Source: Magnetospirillum sp. WYHS-4
GTDB lineage: Bacteria > Pseudomonadota > Alphaproteobacteria > Rhodospirillales > GLO-3
Direction: 5' to 3'
Assembly (NCBI GenBank): GCA_039908345.1
Contig: JAMOBD010000008.1
Location: 6,719-70,718 of the forward strand
DNA length: 64,000 nucleotides
Shown: piece after piece, positions 54,201-63,353 of the stretch
Layout of the letters: each line of letters begins with the position of its first letter
How positions within the stretch are numbered: the stretch's first letter is position 1
Notes under the pieces: model-generated
What the model saw: only the letters and a program-made list of their open reading frames with translations
What the model was told of the DNA's origin: nothing
Databases searched by the model: none
Translations under genes and position numbers: made by a program

Positions 54201-54834
54201 GGGGTATGCCGCGCGCCCTCAGGCTGCCCTTGGCCTCGACAGGGCCGGCGAGGGAGGCGATGGCGACGGAGGCATTGATCTCCTCGATCTTCTCGACGGT
54301 GCCGGCCTTGGTGTCGCGGTAGACGACCGTGCCGTTTTCCAAGGTCAGGTTGTCGAGTTGCAGGTCGAAGCCGCCTCCGGCCTTCGCCTCGCCGCCGCCG
54401 GACGCGGGGGCCGCGGGGCTGGGCGCGGTTTCCGAGGGCAGTCCCTCGAAGGCGAGGTTGGACCGACCGTCGGCCAGGGTTTCGATCTCGATCACCGGAT
54501 CGACCACCCGCACGCGTTCGATCTGGACGTTGCCGGCCAGCAGCGGCGCCAGGGCGATGCGGACTTCCAGGGTCTTCAAGGACATCATCTGCGGAGCATG
54601 GGCGCCCGGCAGGTTGGAAAGCCGCAGATCGTTGACCAGCACCGCCGGCTTGGGCAGGACGGAAAGCGTCATGTCGCCGCCGATGACCAGGTCGCGGCCC
54701 GTCGCTTCCTTGACCATCCGGGTCGCCAGCGCCCGATGCTGGTTCCAGTCGATGAAGGAGGGCGCCACCAGCGCCGTCCCTACCAGAAGCACCACGACGA
54801 GGCCGAGGCCGATCAGGATCTTGCTCTTCACCAC
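51262..54834 (-). CDS. giant AsmA-family envelope protein (1190 aa)
   Basis: N-terminal TM anchor, then an AsmA N-terminal pattern (APSFIDWNQHR...DLVIGGDMTLSVLPKPAVLVNDLRLSN). Repetitive beta-rich body, AsmA-like C-terminal segment and a Gln-rich tail. The stop overlaps the ubiE start (ATGA). Confidence 0.85.
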   Translation of the reverse strand: MVKSKILIGLGLVVVLLVGTALVAPSFIDWNQHRALATRMVKEATGRDLVIGGDMTLSVLPKPAVLVNDLRLSNLPGAHAPQMMSLKTLEVRIALAPLLAGNVQIERVRVVDPVIEIETLADGRSNLAFEGLPSETAPSPAAPASGGGEAKAGGGFDLQLDNLTLENGTVVYRDTKAGTVEKIEEINASVAIASLAGPVEAKGSLRARGIPLSVNGTVGKLIHGRTVPLDLALGLGAGNSTVKVSGTLVGLETTPGFKGKVEAKGDDLAALLRGVAGTNDLPAFLGRNFGFSGNVAGSQTEVSVPDLTMNLGDTQASGNLSVALGAIPTMQANLNVGRIDLDALMAGMTSAPSAPPAPVKGQAPVASSAPGKAASQAFALPANVNAAIRLGIEALSYKGGVIRQAKLNADLANGEVTLSQLSAQLPGSTDVALFGFVSAKNGKPQLEGEMEISAADLRAVLSWLGVALPADLPKERLRRLAYKSAFVATPDQVQIAGLAMQMDGTNVSGGATVKLGSRPAFGADLVADKVNLDGYLPAAAAQPKGGSSGGAKGEGGAAAPAPSAAPGGMTALKGFDANVKLAVKSLTYRQTPISDLVVDGTLHNGNLDLRRLAVGQAAGASLAVKGGLLKLDGLPEMKDLHVDFLAADLAPVFRLAGLEAPAQAKGLGRVTLRGKASGQFLKPALDMSLQAAGATLDLNGSVSALPAPTFDARVAVKHGDLVQLARTLGVDYRPAGRLGGTDLALHVKGGLDKMALSDIKGSLGPVSLSGSANLDLSGAKPKVGAQLATGELPVDRFLPAQRTASLPGEGEQGVKHAGGKFRPLFQEALERPVVLAAAPGASRPVPQATAGGAVDPRWSRDPLDLSALASVDADVILRSAAIVFQDYRFDNADIALALAGGVLRTQRVTGTLFGGAVQANATVDANKGAKADLSLQVANLDVGRAVAAAAGKGMAGGAMNLDLKAATQGGSVAQLVQALAGNGSLTVKGLDVKKEAQGSALSALLDLVGTLNTLGGTLGGGKSGSGLADVSGTFTIDRGIVTSRDARLISGVGNGTAIATVDLPRWTIDSQGKVDLAQNLLTQVLTQKTGVQNTSLPFSITGRLDAPNVKLDTASLPGKGIAIPGTEKLLKKKGVGTLLETVLPGATGGAAAPAPQQPTAPTQAPQQQQPQQQQVPTKPKDILKGILLGR

Positions 54835-54894
54835 GAGGACTCCGCTCTGGTCAGGAAAACTCGAACCGGAGTTTAGTGGGTCGCGGACGAACGA

Positions 54895-57546
54895 TCAAAC
54901 GTCTCGTCCGAGACGCCGGTTCACGATCTTGTAGGCGTCCATCGCCAGGATCAGGCAGAGCGCCAAGGGCAGCACGGCGATCCAGATGGAAAAAGACAAG
55001 GGCTCGATGCGCAATATGGACGACAGGCCGGGCAGATAGGCGGCGCCGATATGCACCAGATGGGCGGCCGGGACGGCGGCCATCAGGAAGGGGTTGGCAA
55101 GAAGGGAATGGCGCAGGGCGGGCCGCCGTTCGGAACGGCAGTTGAAGGCCTGCACGTTGCCGAAGACCACCATCAACAACAGCAGGGCGTTGCGCGCCTC
55201 CGTCTCCGGCATTCCGGAGTCCAAGGCCCAGGCGAAATAGATGGCGGCCACCGTGCCGACGAACAGACCGGAAATCGTTACCTGCTCGATCATCCGACGG
55301 TCGAAGATCGGCTGTTCCGGCGGTCTTGGGGCCCGGTCGAGAATGTCGTCCTCGCCTTTTTCCACCGACAGGGCCACGTGCTGGATGCCGTTGGTCACCA
55401 GGTTCAGCCACAGCAGTTGCGCGGCGAACAGCGGCACCGGCAGCCCGGCCAGGAAGGACAACAGGAACAGGGCCAGTTCGCCAACTCCGGCGGTAATCAG
55501 GAAATAGACGACCTTGCGCACGTTGTCGTAGGCGATACGGCCTTCTTCAACCCCGTTGACGATGGAAGCGAAGTCGTCGTCGGCGATAATCAAGCCGGCG
55601 GCGCCGCGTGCCACGTCGGTGCCATCCTTGCCCATGGCGACGCCGATATGGGCGGCGCGCAGGGCCGGGGCGTCATTGACCCCGTCGCCGGTCACCGCGA
55701 CGAAATGGCCCGCCCGCTGCAGGGATTGCACGATGCCCAGCTTCTGCACCGGCTCGACGCGGGCGAAGACCTTGGCTTGGCGCACCGCTTCGTCGAAGCC
55801 GGCGGGATCGTCCCGCAGCTCGGCCAGTTCCGCGCCGGTCACCACCTCGCCCGGGCCGCCCGCGATGCCCAACTCCGCGGCAATGGCCAGGGCGGTCGCC
55901 GGATGGTCGCCGGTCACCATGCGCACGTCGATACCGGCCCGGCGGCAGCGTTCCACCGCCGCCCGCGCGCCGGGACGCAGGGGATCGATCAGGCCGGCCA
56001 AACCCAGGAACTCCAGATCCGCGAGGGAATCTCCGCTGGCCTCGGCCGCCCGACCTGCCGCGACCGCCAGCACGCGATAGCCCCCCGCGGCCAGCCGTTC
56101 GACCTCGGTCAGCACCGCCGCCGCGTCGATGTCGCGGCACATGGGAATCACGGTCTCGGCGGCTCCCTTGACCTGGGCCGTCAGTTCCCCCGCGTGCCGA
56201 TGGAAGGACGCGGCGAAGCGGCGCCGGGAATCGAAGGGCACTCTGCCTTCTTCCTGGAAGGACGGATCGCGGGTCAGGCCCAGCTTGGCGCCGAGAACCA
56301 GGAAAGCCACGTCGACCGTGTCGCCGAAGCGGTGCCAGCCGCCCTGTCCATCGGGGCGGAACGTGGCGTCGTTGCACAGCAGACCGGCTTCCGCCAAACG
56401 CCGCACCGCATCCGCCGATCCTTCCGGGGCCCGGATGCGCCCGACCGGATGGTAGCCCTCGCCCTCCACCTCGATTTCGCCCACTCCCGGCAGCCAGAGC
56501 CTTCGAACGGTCAGTTCGTTGCAGGTCAGCGTGCCGGTCTTGTCGCTGGCGATGCAGGTGCAAGCGCCCAGGGATTCCGCCGCCGGCAGGGAACGCACGA
56601 TGACCCGGCGCCGCGCCATGCGGGCGCTGCCCACCGAAAGCGCCACGGTGATCGCCACCGGCAGACCTTCGGGAATGGCGGCCACCGCCAGCGCCACGGC
56701 GACCAGGAAGACATGGGCGGGGGGCTCGCCCTTGGCGATCATGGCAAGGCCGAGAATCGCGGTGGCCGCCACCACCAGCCAGCCGATGGCCGCCGAGAAG
56801 CGTTCCAGCCGCTGCACCAGGGGGGGGACCGCCCCTTGGGTGCGGGCCATGGCCTGGGCGATGCGGCCCAGTTCGGTATGGCTGGCGGTCTGGACGACCA
56901 AGCCTTCGGCGCGGCCGGAAGCCACCACCGTCCCGGCGAACAGCATGTTGCGGCGGTCGCCCAGCACCGCGGCCTCGGGCAGAACCAACCCGGCATCCTT
57001 GTCCACCGGCAGCGACTCGCCGGTGAGCAGGGATTCGTCGGCCAGCAGGTCCTGCCCGGACAGCAGACGGAGGTCGGCCGGCACCACCGATCCGGCCTCC
57101 AGAACCACCAAGTCCCCCGGCACCAGGGCGGCCGCGTCCAGAAGATGGCGCACGCCATCGCGCAGGACCACGGCGCGGATGCGGATCATCGCCTTCAGGG
57201 CCTCGGCCCCGCTTTCCGCCTTCCATTCCTGGATCGCGCCGATGGCGGCGTTGACGAGCAGCACCGCGGCGATGAACGAGGCGTCGGAGGCTTCGCCGAT
57301 CGCCACCGAAACTCCGGCCGCCGCCATCAGCAAATAGATAAGCGGGCTCTTGAACTGGCGTAGGAACAGGACGAGCAAGCCGTCGCGGGGGGGGCTGGGC
57401 AGTTCGTTGGGGCCGAAGCGGGCCAGACGCGCCGCCGCCTCGGATTCGGACAGGCCGGCCGGGCCGCTCCCCTGGAGCCGCCGGGCTTCCTCCGCCGTCC
57501 TGGAATGCCAGAGGGGAACACCCATGGCGGCGGCCCTAAAGTCCAT
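54895..57546 (-). CDS. P2-type cation-transporting P-type ATPase
   Basis: 883 aa. N-terminal cation-ATPase-N segment, PEGLP in TM4, phosphorylation site IASDKTGTLT, TGDHPATA, VTGDGVNDAPAL. Confidence 0.9.
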   Translation of the reverse strand: MDFRAAAMGVPLWHSRTAEEARRLQGSGPAGLSESEAAARLARFGPNELPSPPRDGLLVLFLRQFKSPLIYLLMAAAGVSVAIGEASDASFIAAVLLVNAAIGAIQEWKAESGAEALKAMIRIRAVVLRDGVRHLLDAAALVPGDLVVLEAGSVVPADLRLLSGQDLLADESLLTGESLPVDKDAGLVLPEAAVLGDRRNMLFAGTVVASGRAEGLVVQTASHTELGRIAQAMARTQGAVPPLVQRLERFSAAIGWLVVAATAILGLAMIAKGEPPAHVFLVAVALAVAAIPEGLPVAITVALSVGSARMARRRVIVRSLPAAESLGACTCIASDKTGTLTCNELTVRRLWLPGVGEIEVEGEGYHPVGRIRAPEGSADAVRRLAEAGLLCNDATFRPDGQGGWHRFGDTVDVAFLVLGAKLGLTRDPSFQEEGRVPFDSRRRFAASFHRHAGELTAQVKGAAETVIPMCRDIDAAAVLTEVERLAAGGYRVLAVAAGRAAEASGDSLADLEFLGLAGLIDPLRPGARAAVERCRRAGIDVRMVTGDHPATALAIAAELGIAGGPGEVVTGAELAELRDDPAGFDEAVRQAKVFARVEPVQKLGIVQSLQRAGHFVAVTGDGVNDAPALRAAHIGVAMGKDGTDVARGAAGLIIADDDFASIVNGVEEGRIAYDNVRKVVYFLITAGVGELALFLLSFLAGLPVPLFAAQLLWLNLVTNGIQHVALSVEKGEDDILDRAPRPPEQPIFDRRMIEQVTISGLFVGTVAAIYFAWALDSGMPETEARNALLLLMVVFGNVQAFNCRSERRPALRHSLLANPFLMAAVPAAHLVHIGAAYLPGLSSILRIEPLSFSIWIAVLPLALCLILAMDAYKIVNRRLGRDV

Positions 57547-57976
57547 CCGGCAAGGTCACCACCGAGAACCAGAAGCTACGCAGCGCCGAAAGCGCGTTGA
57601 AGAACTCGGCGAAGTCGAGCGGCTTGGAAACATAGGCGTTGGCACCGATCTGATAGCAGGCGTCCACGTCCTCGTGGTCGGTCGACGTGGTCAGGGCCAC
57701 CACCGGAATGCTGCGCAGCACCGGATCGGACTTCATTTCCAGGAGCACCTCCCGGCCGTCCTTGCGCGGCAGGTTGAGATCCAGCAGAACGAGGTCCGGC
57801 TTGGGCATCCCGGCATAGGGAGGCTCGCCACGCAGGAAGGCCATGGCTTCGACACCGTCGATCACCCGGTGCAGACGGTTGACCATCCGCCATTCGCGGA
57901 AAGCTTCCTCGACCAGACGGGCGTCGCCCGCGTTATCCTCGACGAGGAGAACCTCGATATCCCGCTTGGCGTCCAT
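57536..57976 (-). CDS. stand-alone receiver-domain response regulator (Rcp1-like)
   Basis: 146 aa. VLLVEDNAGD...PDLVLLDLNLPRKDG...ALTTS...NAYVSKP. No output domain. Confidence 0.85.
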   Translation of the reverse strand: MDAKRDIEVLLVEDNAGDARLVEEAFREWRMVNRLHRVIDGVEAMAFLRGEPPYAGMPKPDLVLLDLNLPRKDGREVLLEMKSDPVLRSIPVVALTTSTDHEDVDACYQIGANAYVSKPLDFAEFFNALSALRSFWFSVVTLPDGL

Positions 57977-58003
57977 GCAACACCTCGTTCCATGCCCCCC
58001 GAT

Positions 58004-59836
58004 TCAGGTGACGGCCGGACAGAGCGTGAACCAGAACGTGGCTCCCTTGCCCGGCTGGGTCTCGACCCAGATTCGACCCCCATGACGTTCCACGACCTTC
58101 TTGCAGATCGCCAGCCCGATTCCCGATCCGTCCGGTTTACCAGGGTTGGGCAAGCGCTGGAAGACCTTGAAGATGCGGTCCGCGTACTGGGGATCGAACC
58201 CGATTCCGTTGTCGCGCACGTGGAACAGCCATTCGCCGTCGGCCTGGACGGCGCCGATGGCGATCACGGGCTTGCGGTCGGCATCCCGGTACTTCAGCGC
58301 GTTGCCGATCAGGTTCTGGAACAGGCTGGAGACTTGCCCGAAATCGCCCTGGACGCGGGGCATCTCCGTTTGATGGATCTCCGCACCGGTTTCCGCGATG
58401 GCGCCCTGCAGTCCGTCGAGAGCTTCCGCGAGCGCGAGGCCCGCATCCATGGCGACCAGGGGCTTGGCGTCGGTCTCCAGGCGCGAATAGGCCAGCAGGT
58501 CGAGGATAAGGCTGCGCATCCGCTTGGCGGCGTGGGAGGCAAAGCCGATATACTCCCGGGCATCGGAATCGAGCTGCGGCCCATAGCGCTTTTCCAGGAG
58601 TTGCACGTAGTTGGTGACGGTCCTGAGAGGTTCCTGGAGATCGTGGGACGCCACATAGGCGAAGCGTTGCAGTTCGGCGTTGGAGCGTTCCAGGGATTCC
58701 TGCGCCTTGCGCTGGGTGGTGGTGTCGCGCGCCACGGCGACGATCAGGTCGCGCTCGCCGAAGCGCATCCGGCAGCCATGCACCTCGACGGGAAAGATGG
58801 AGCCGTCCTTGCGGCTGAAATGGGACGCCCCGAAGCTTCGCGATTCCCCGAGCGGCAGATCGTCCCAGAACCGACGGGCCTCGTCGGCGCAATGATCGTG
58901 TTCGTAGTCGGCGACCCGCAGGCCGTTCAGGTCTTCCCGGACATATCCCAGGGTCTGGCAGGCCTGGCGGTTGGCGTCGACGATGCGGCCTTCCAGGTCG
59001 TGGACCAGGATGGCGTCGCCCGCATTGTCGAACACGGCGGCGAACAGGGCCTGGCTCTCCAGCAGCCGGGCCTGGCCTTCTTCCCGCTCGCTGAGGCGCC
59101 GGCCGCCCTCCCGCCCGAGCAGTCCGATCGCGCCCAGTCCGATCAGCCAGATCACTCCATGGGAGACGAAGGCGAACAGTCTTTCGTGATCGAGCCTTTC
59201 CCAGAAGGGCCGCATGGGCACGGCCACGCCCACCCCGCCCCGCACGTCGCCGATGCGGTAGCCCTGGTGGGCATGGCATTTCAGGCAGCCGGGTTCGGTC
59301 ACCAGGCGCCGCATCAGCCGCAAATAGGGTTGGCCATCGATGTCGACCAGCTCCGACTGCTCCTCATGCCCGCGTTCGAAGGCCTTCAGGACGCTTTGTT
59401 CCCAGTCGTCCGGAGTGTTGACCGGGTTGAGCGGCTTCAGGCTGACGATGCGGCCCTTGACGCCGAACAGTTCGTCGTACTCCCCCATCATCTGGCGCAG
59501 CATGTAGGCCGGATTCATCAAGGTGAGATTCCGGCCCTCGGGAGTACGGATGTCGCGCTCCGGCACATGGGAAAGATAGGGATTGGGAAGCGTACGCTGG
59601 TCGGCCGGGACGTAGACGCCCCCGTGCCGGGTCGCCCAGAAGCGGAAAGCGATATCCTTGTTGACGTTCGTGCGTGCCTCGTTGCGGGCCAACGCGAGGA
59701 CGTTGGCGCGCGCCTCGACGAGGTGCCATGCGAGGAACCCGCCCACCACGGCCGTCCACGCCACACCCGCAGCAACCACCAGACTGCGGAACGTCGTGCT
59801 CCGCGCCTTCGCCCGGCTTGCCGAACCGGTATCCAC
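58004..59836 (-). CDS. sensor histidine kinase with periplasmic DUF3365 (Tll0287-like, c-type heme) domain, PAS, HisKA and HATPase_c
   Basis: TM1, then FWATRHGGVYVP...LMNPAYMLRQM...PGCLKCH (CxxCH), TM2, PAS, H-box FAYVASHDLQEPLRTV, G-box SGIGLAICKKVVERHGG. Confidence 0.8.
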   Translation of the reverse strand: MDTGSASRAKARSTTFRSLVVAAGVAWTAVVGGFLAWHLVEARANVLALARNEARTNVNKDIAFRFWATRHGGVYVPADQRTLPNPYLSHVPERDIRTPEGRNLTLMNPAYMLRQMMGEYDELFGVKGRIVSLKPLNPVNTPDDWEQSVLKAFERGHEEQSELVDIDGQPYLRLMRRLVTEPGCLKCHAHQGYRIGDVRGGVGVAVPMRPFWERLDHERLFAFVSHGVIWLIGLGAIGLLGREGGRRLSEREEGQARLLESQALFAAVFDNAGDAILVHDLEGRIVDANRQACQTLGYVREDLNGLRVADYEHDHCADEARRFWDDLPLGESRSFGASHFSRKDGSIFPVEVHGCRMRFGERDLIVAVARDTTTQRKAQESLERSNAELQRFAYVASHDLQEPLRTVTNYVQLLEKRYGPQLDSDAREYIGFASHAAKRMRSLILDLLAYSRLETDAKPLVAMDAGLALAEALDGLQGAIAETGAEIHQTEMPRVQGDFGQVSSLFQNLIGNALKYRDADRKPVIAIGAVQADGEWLFHVRDNGIGFDPQYADRIFKVFQRLPNPGKPDGSGIGLAICKKVVERHGGRIWVETQPGKGATFWFTLCPAVT

Positions 59837-59952
59837 GGCAGACCCCTTTTACCCATTGGCGGGCTTCATCATTCTATCGCAGGGCGATGGCGCTTGTCAT
59901 CCCGTCGGTGCGGTTCGCTTCGGAGCGACCGCCCGTTTCCCGGCGACGAGGG

Positions 59953-60906
59953 TCATTCCGGCCTGACCAGCCCGGCCAGTCCCAGGAAAGCGGGATGGCC
60001 GTGGACGATCACGGCCGTGGGGATGCCCTTGACGTAATCGGACATCCGCCCCTTGGCCTCGAAGCGGGCGCGAAAGTCCGACCGCGGGAAAACCTCCCCC
60101 AGGCGCGGCACGATGCCGCCGGCGATGAAGACCCCGCCGCGCGCCCCGACCATCAGGGCGGCGTTGCCCGCCACTTCCCCCAGCAGGGCGCAAAAGATAT
60201 CGACCGCTTCCCGGCAGAGTGGGCAGGAACCGTCCGCGGCGCGCGCCGTGATCGCCGCCGGGTTCAGGTCTGCCTCGTCGGCACGGCCGTCCAGACGGCC
60301 CAGGGCGCGGTGCAGGTTGGTCAGCCCGGGGCCAGAAACCACGCGCTCGACGGACACGTGGCCGAATTCGCGCCGTAGCACGGCGATGGCCTCGGCCTCC
60401 CGGTCGCTGCCGGCCGGCAGGGTGGAATGGCCGCCTTCGGTGGCGAGCACCACCGGACGGCTGCCGGGGCCGGGGACCAGCACCGACAGCCCCAGCCCGG
60501 TACCGGGCCCGATGGCCACCATGGGGGCGGTCGGGTCGGCCCTGCCTTCGCCGACGGGATGCATGTCGCCGGATTCCAGGTAGGGCAGGGCCAACGCCAC
60601 GGCGGCGAAGTCGTTGACCACCTCAAGCCGCGAAAAGCCCAGGCGGTGGCGGAGAGCGGCGACGGAAAACCCCCAGTCCCGGTTGGTCAGGTAGATCTGA
60701 TCGCCGGTAACCGGACTGGCCACGGCCAGGGCCACCCGGTCCGGCCGGACGCCGCCGGCCATTCCGTCGAGGAAGGCGCGCAACAATTCCTCGACCCCTT
60801 CATGGGCGTCGCAGGCCACGTCGGCGGACGGGCCGAGGACGCCGTCGTCCCCGATCAGGGCCAGCCTTGCATTGGTTCCGCCGATATCGGCGATCAGCCC
60901 CGTCAT
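59953..60906 (-). CDS. glk: glucokinase
   Basis: MTGLIADIGGTNARLAL matches the Glk N-terminus, and the rest is ROK-independent Glk layout. An upstream in-frame ATG at 60942 is less likely. Confidence 0.85.
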   Translation of the reverse strand: MTGLIADIGGTNARLALIGDDGVLGPSADVACDAHEGVEELLRAFLDGMAGGVRPDRVALAVASPVTGDQIYLTNRDWGFSVAALRHRLGFSRLEVVNDFAAVALALPYLESGDMHPVGEGRADPTAPMVAIGPGTGLGLSVLVPGPGSRPVVLATEGGHSTLPAGSDREAEAIAVLRREFGHVSVERVVSGPGLTNLHRALGRLDGRADEADLNPAAITARAADGSCPLCREAVDIFCALLGEVAGNAALMVGARGGVFIAGGIVPRLGEVFPRSDFRARFEAKGRMSDYVKGIPTAVIVHGHPAFLGLAGLVRPE

Positions 60907-60920
60907 GTCGGCCTTCGCGT

Positions 60921-61964
60921 CTACATCTGGTTGGCGCGCCAAGCGGAAAGCTGCGCCCGGCGGCGGGCGGCGAAGCGTTCGCCTCCCTCGGCCTTCACAG
61001 AATGCCAGAGCTCCTGCTTCCGTTCCAGGTCCTTGCGCACCCGGTTCATGAGGGCCACGTGGCTGGCGTCGGTGCCGGCGGCCTGGGCCTCGCGCCAGGC
61101 ATCCATCTCGCGCTGGTGCGCCGTGCCCCTATCCTGGGGAGCGGCGGTGGACGTCTGGACCGGAGCGGGTGGTGCCGAGGTCTCGGCGCGGGCGACGGTT
61201 TCCTTGTCGGGCACGGTAATCACCAGCGGGCCGTCCGCCTTGGCGGGAATGGCTCCGGGCGCCTTGGCCGAGACCAGGGGGCTGGGAGACGCCGTCCGGG
61301 CATGGATGGAAACGTCCATGGCGGTGGCTCGCCGGCCACGCGGCGGCATGACGGAGCGACTCGCGGCGAGGCTGGGCGCGGTGGTCGAGGCGAGCTGGAT
61401 GGGGGCTTCCGGTTCGGGCCGTTCCTTGGCGCCGCCGCGCGGCTGCCGGTTCCACAGGCGGACCACCTTGGCCTTGTAGGCTTCTGACTTTTCGGGAGTG
61501 CGGGAGTGGTAATAGGCGGCGGCCTGGGTCCAGGAATCGGTCTCCTCATAGAGCTGGCGCAGGAACGACGCGGCATAAGCCATGTTGGCCGCCGGGTCGA
61601 AGGCGTGTTCGATGGTGCCGAAGGCCTCGCCGTGGTGGCCCAGGTTGATCTGCATGCAGCCGACGTCGATGTTCGTCACCCCGCGCGCCTTCAGGCGCTT
61701 CACCTCGGCAATCGCCGCCTCGCGGGTGGGAAAGAATTGCCCGTCGCCGCCCGATGTCACGGTCCAGGGCCAGGCGTAGCTCTCGCGGCGGGCTTCGTCC
61801 CAGCGGCCGGTCTCGGCCAGGGAAACCGCGAAAAGAAGGTTTTCCGGCATGCTGGCCATGCGCTCCTGGCGACCCGCGGCTTCCCGGCAGATATCCTGGG
61901 GTGCCGGCGCCGCCAGGGCGCCGCTTGCCGCCATGACCATCAATGCTGCCGCGATGCGTATCAT
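60921..61964 (-). CDS. lytic transglycosylase (SLT) domain protein with low-complexity C-terminal half
   Basis: Signal peptide. SLAETGRW...WPWTV...VGCMQIN...AAYYHS is the pattern of alphaproteobacterial SLT-domain proteins. Confidence 0.8.
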   Translation of the reverse strand: MIRIAAALMVMAASGALAAPAPQDICREAAGRQERMASMPENLLFAVSLAETGRWDEARRESYAWPWTVTSGGDGQFFPTREAAIAEVKRLKARGVTNIDVGCMQINLGHHGEAFGTIEHAFDPAANMAYAASFLRQLYEETDSWTQAAAYYHSRTPEKSEAYKAKVVRLWNRQPRGGAKERPEPEAPIQLASTTAPSLAASRSVMPPRGRRATAMDVSIHARTASPSPLVSAKAPGAIPAKADGPLVITVPDKETVARAETSAPPAPVQTSTAAPQDRGTAHQREMDAWREAQAAGTDASHVALMNRVRKDLERKQELWHSVKAEGGERFAARRRAQLSAWRANQM

Positions 61965-62018
61965 GATCCGTCCCGTCGTCCGATTGCCTGGAGGAACATA
62001 AGCAAGGGGCGTGCCAGA

Positions 62019-62900
62019 TCAGGGGCGCAGGGACTCGACGGGAAGGGCGGTCAGGATGGCGATCAGCCGCGCGATGTCTCGCGTCAACGCCGTAAGCCCC
62101 TCGGCCGGTTCGACGTTCTTTTCGTCCATGTAAAGGGCGCGGTTGATTTCGATCTGGAGGGTATGCACCCCCTGGGCGGGACGGCCGTAGTGGCGGGTGG
62201 TGAAGCCGCCCGCGTAGGGATCGTTCCGCCGCACCCGGTAGCCCATGCCGGCCAGGGCGCTCTCGGCGGTCTCGATGACCCGCGGCTTGCAGGATTTCCC
62301 GAAACGGTCGCCCAGCACCATGTCGACGCGCCGGAGGCCCGGATCGGCATCCATCGGGCCGCCCACCGACGGCATGGAATGGCAATCGACCAGCAGGCAG
62401 CAGCCGAACTTGGCCTTGGTACGGGCGATAAGGTCCCGCAGGGCCTGGTGGTAGGGCTCGTAGCAGGCGTGGATCAACTTGCGGGCGTCGGCGAAGCGCA
62501 GCCGTTCGCGGTAGATGGCCTCGCCGTTGGCGATCACCCGGGGGATGGTTCCCAGCCCCGCCACCACCCGCGGCGAGGTGGTGTTGACGAAGTCCGGCAG
62601 GGGATCGGCGAACATCGCCGGGTCCAGTTCCCAGGCTTCCCGGTTGGGGTCCACGTAGGCGCGCGGGAAGTGGGCCTTGAGCAGGGGGGCGCCGAAATCG
62701 GGAGCGGCGCCATAGATGTCGTCGATGAAGGCGTCCTCGGATCGGCGGATGGCCACGGCGTCGAGGCGCGACGCGGCCAGGAACTCGGGCGGATAGCGGC
62801 GGCCGCTGTGGGGCGAGGCGAAGACCACCGGCGCCGTCTGCTCGGACGGGGCGATCGTCTCCCAGGGCGGAACGTCGCGGAAGGGCACGGAACGCGGCAC
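62019..62900 (-). CDS. N-formylglutamate amidohydrolase family protein
   Basis: FASPHSGR...RAYVDPNRE...LLVDCHSMP is the FGase family signature. Confidence 0.8.
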   Translation of the reverse strand: MPRSVPFRDVPPWETIAPSEQTAPVVFASPHSGRRYPPEFLAASRLDAVAIRRSEDAFIDDIYGAAPDFGAPLLKAHFPRAYVDPNREAWELDPAMFADPLPDFVNTTSPRVVAGLGTIPRVIANGEAIYRERLRFADARKLIHACYEPYHQALRDLIARTKAKFGCCLLVDCHSMPSVGGPMDADPGLRRVDMVLGDRFGKSCKPRVIETAESALAGMGYRVRRNDPYAGGFTTRHYGRPAQGVHTLQIEINRALYMDEKNVEPAEGLTALTRDIARLIAILTALPVESLRP

Positions 62901-62965
62901 GGGGCTTTCTCCAGTCCTGGCACCGGGAAGTGTTACCGTCGGACCCGGCCGGGCGCAACCCGGAA

Positions 62966-63340
62966 CTAAGGCCGAGGAGCGAGAAGCCGTTCGACCGTCT
63001 CCATCAGGTCGCGGGGACGGATGGGCTTGCCGAGCGTCGCCTCCGCATGGAAGTCCCCGGCCATCTCCAGGTAGGTGCGCGCCCCCATCTGCCCGCCGCC
63101 CGAGATGGCGATCACCGGCAGGCTCGGCCTTATCTTCTTCAGATCGAGGATCATCTCGATGCCATCCTTCTCCGGCATCAGGATGTCGGCGATGACCAGA
63201 TCGTAGTCGTGTCCGGCCAAGGCCTTGAGGGCCCTCTTGCCGTCCTCGGCCTCGTCGACGTCGTGGCCGGAAGCCTGAAGAGCCAGTCTCAAGGCGTAGC
63301 GTATCGGTTCTTCGTCGTCGACCACGAGAATTCTTGCCAT
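62966..63340 (-). CDS. stand-alone CheY-like response regulator
   Basis: 124 aa. MARILVVDDE...DLVIADILMPEKDG...AISGG...LGKP. Confidence 0.85.
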   Translation of the reverse strand: MARILVVDDEEPIRYALRLALQASGHDVDEAEDGKRALKALAGHDYDLVIADILMPEKDGIEMILDLKKIRPSLPVIAISGGGQMGARTYLEMAGDFHAEATLGKPIRPRDLMETVERLLAPRP

Positions 63341-63353
63341 CGCGATATGCCTC

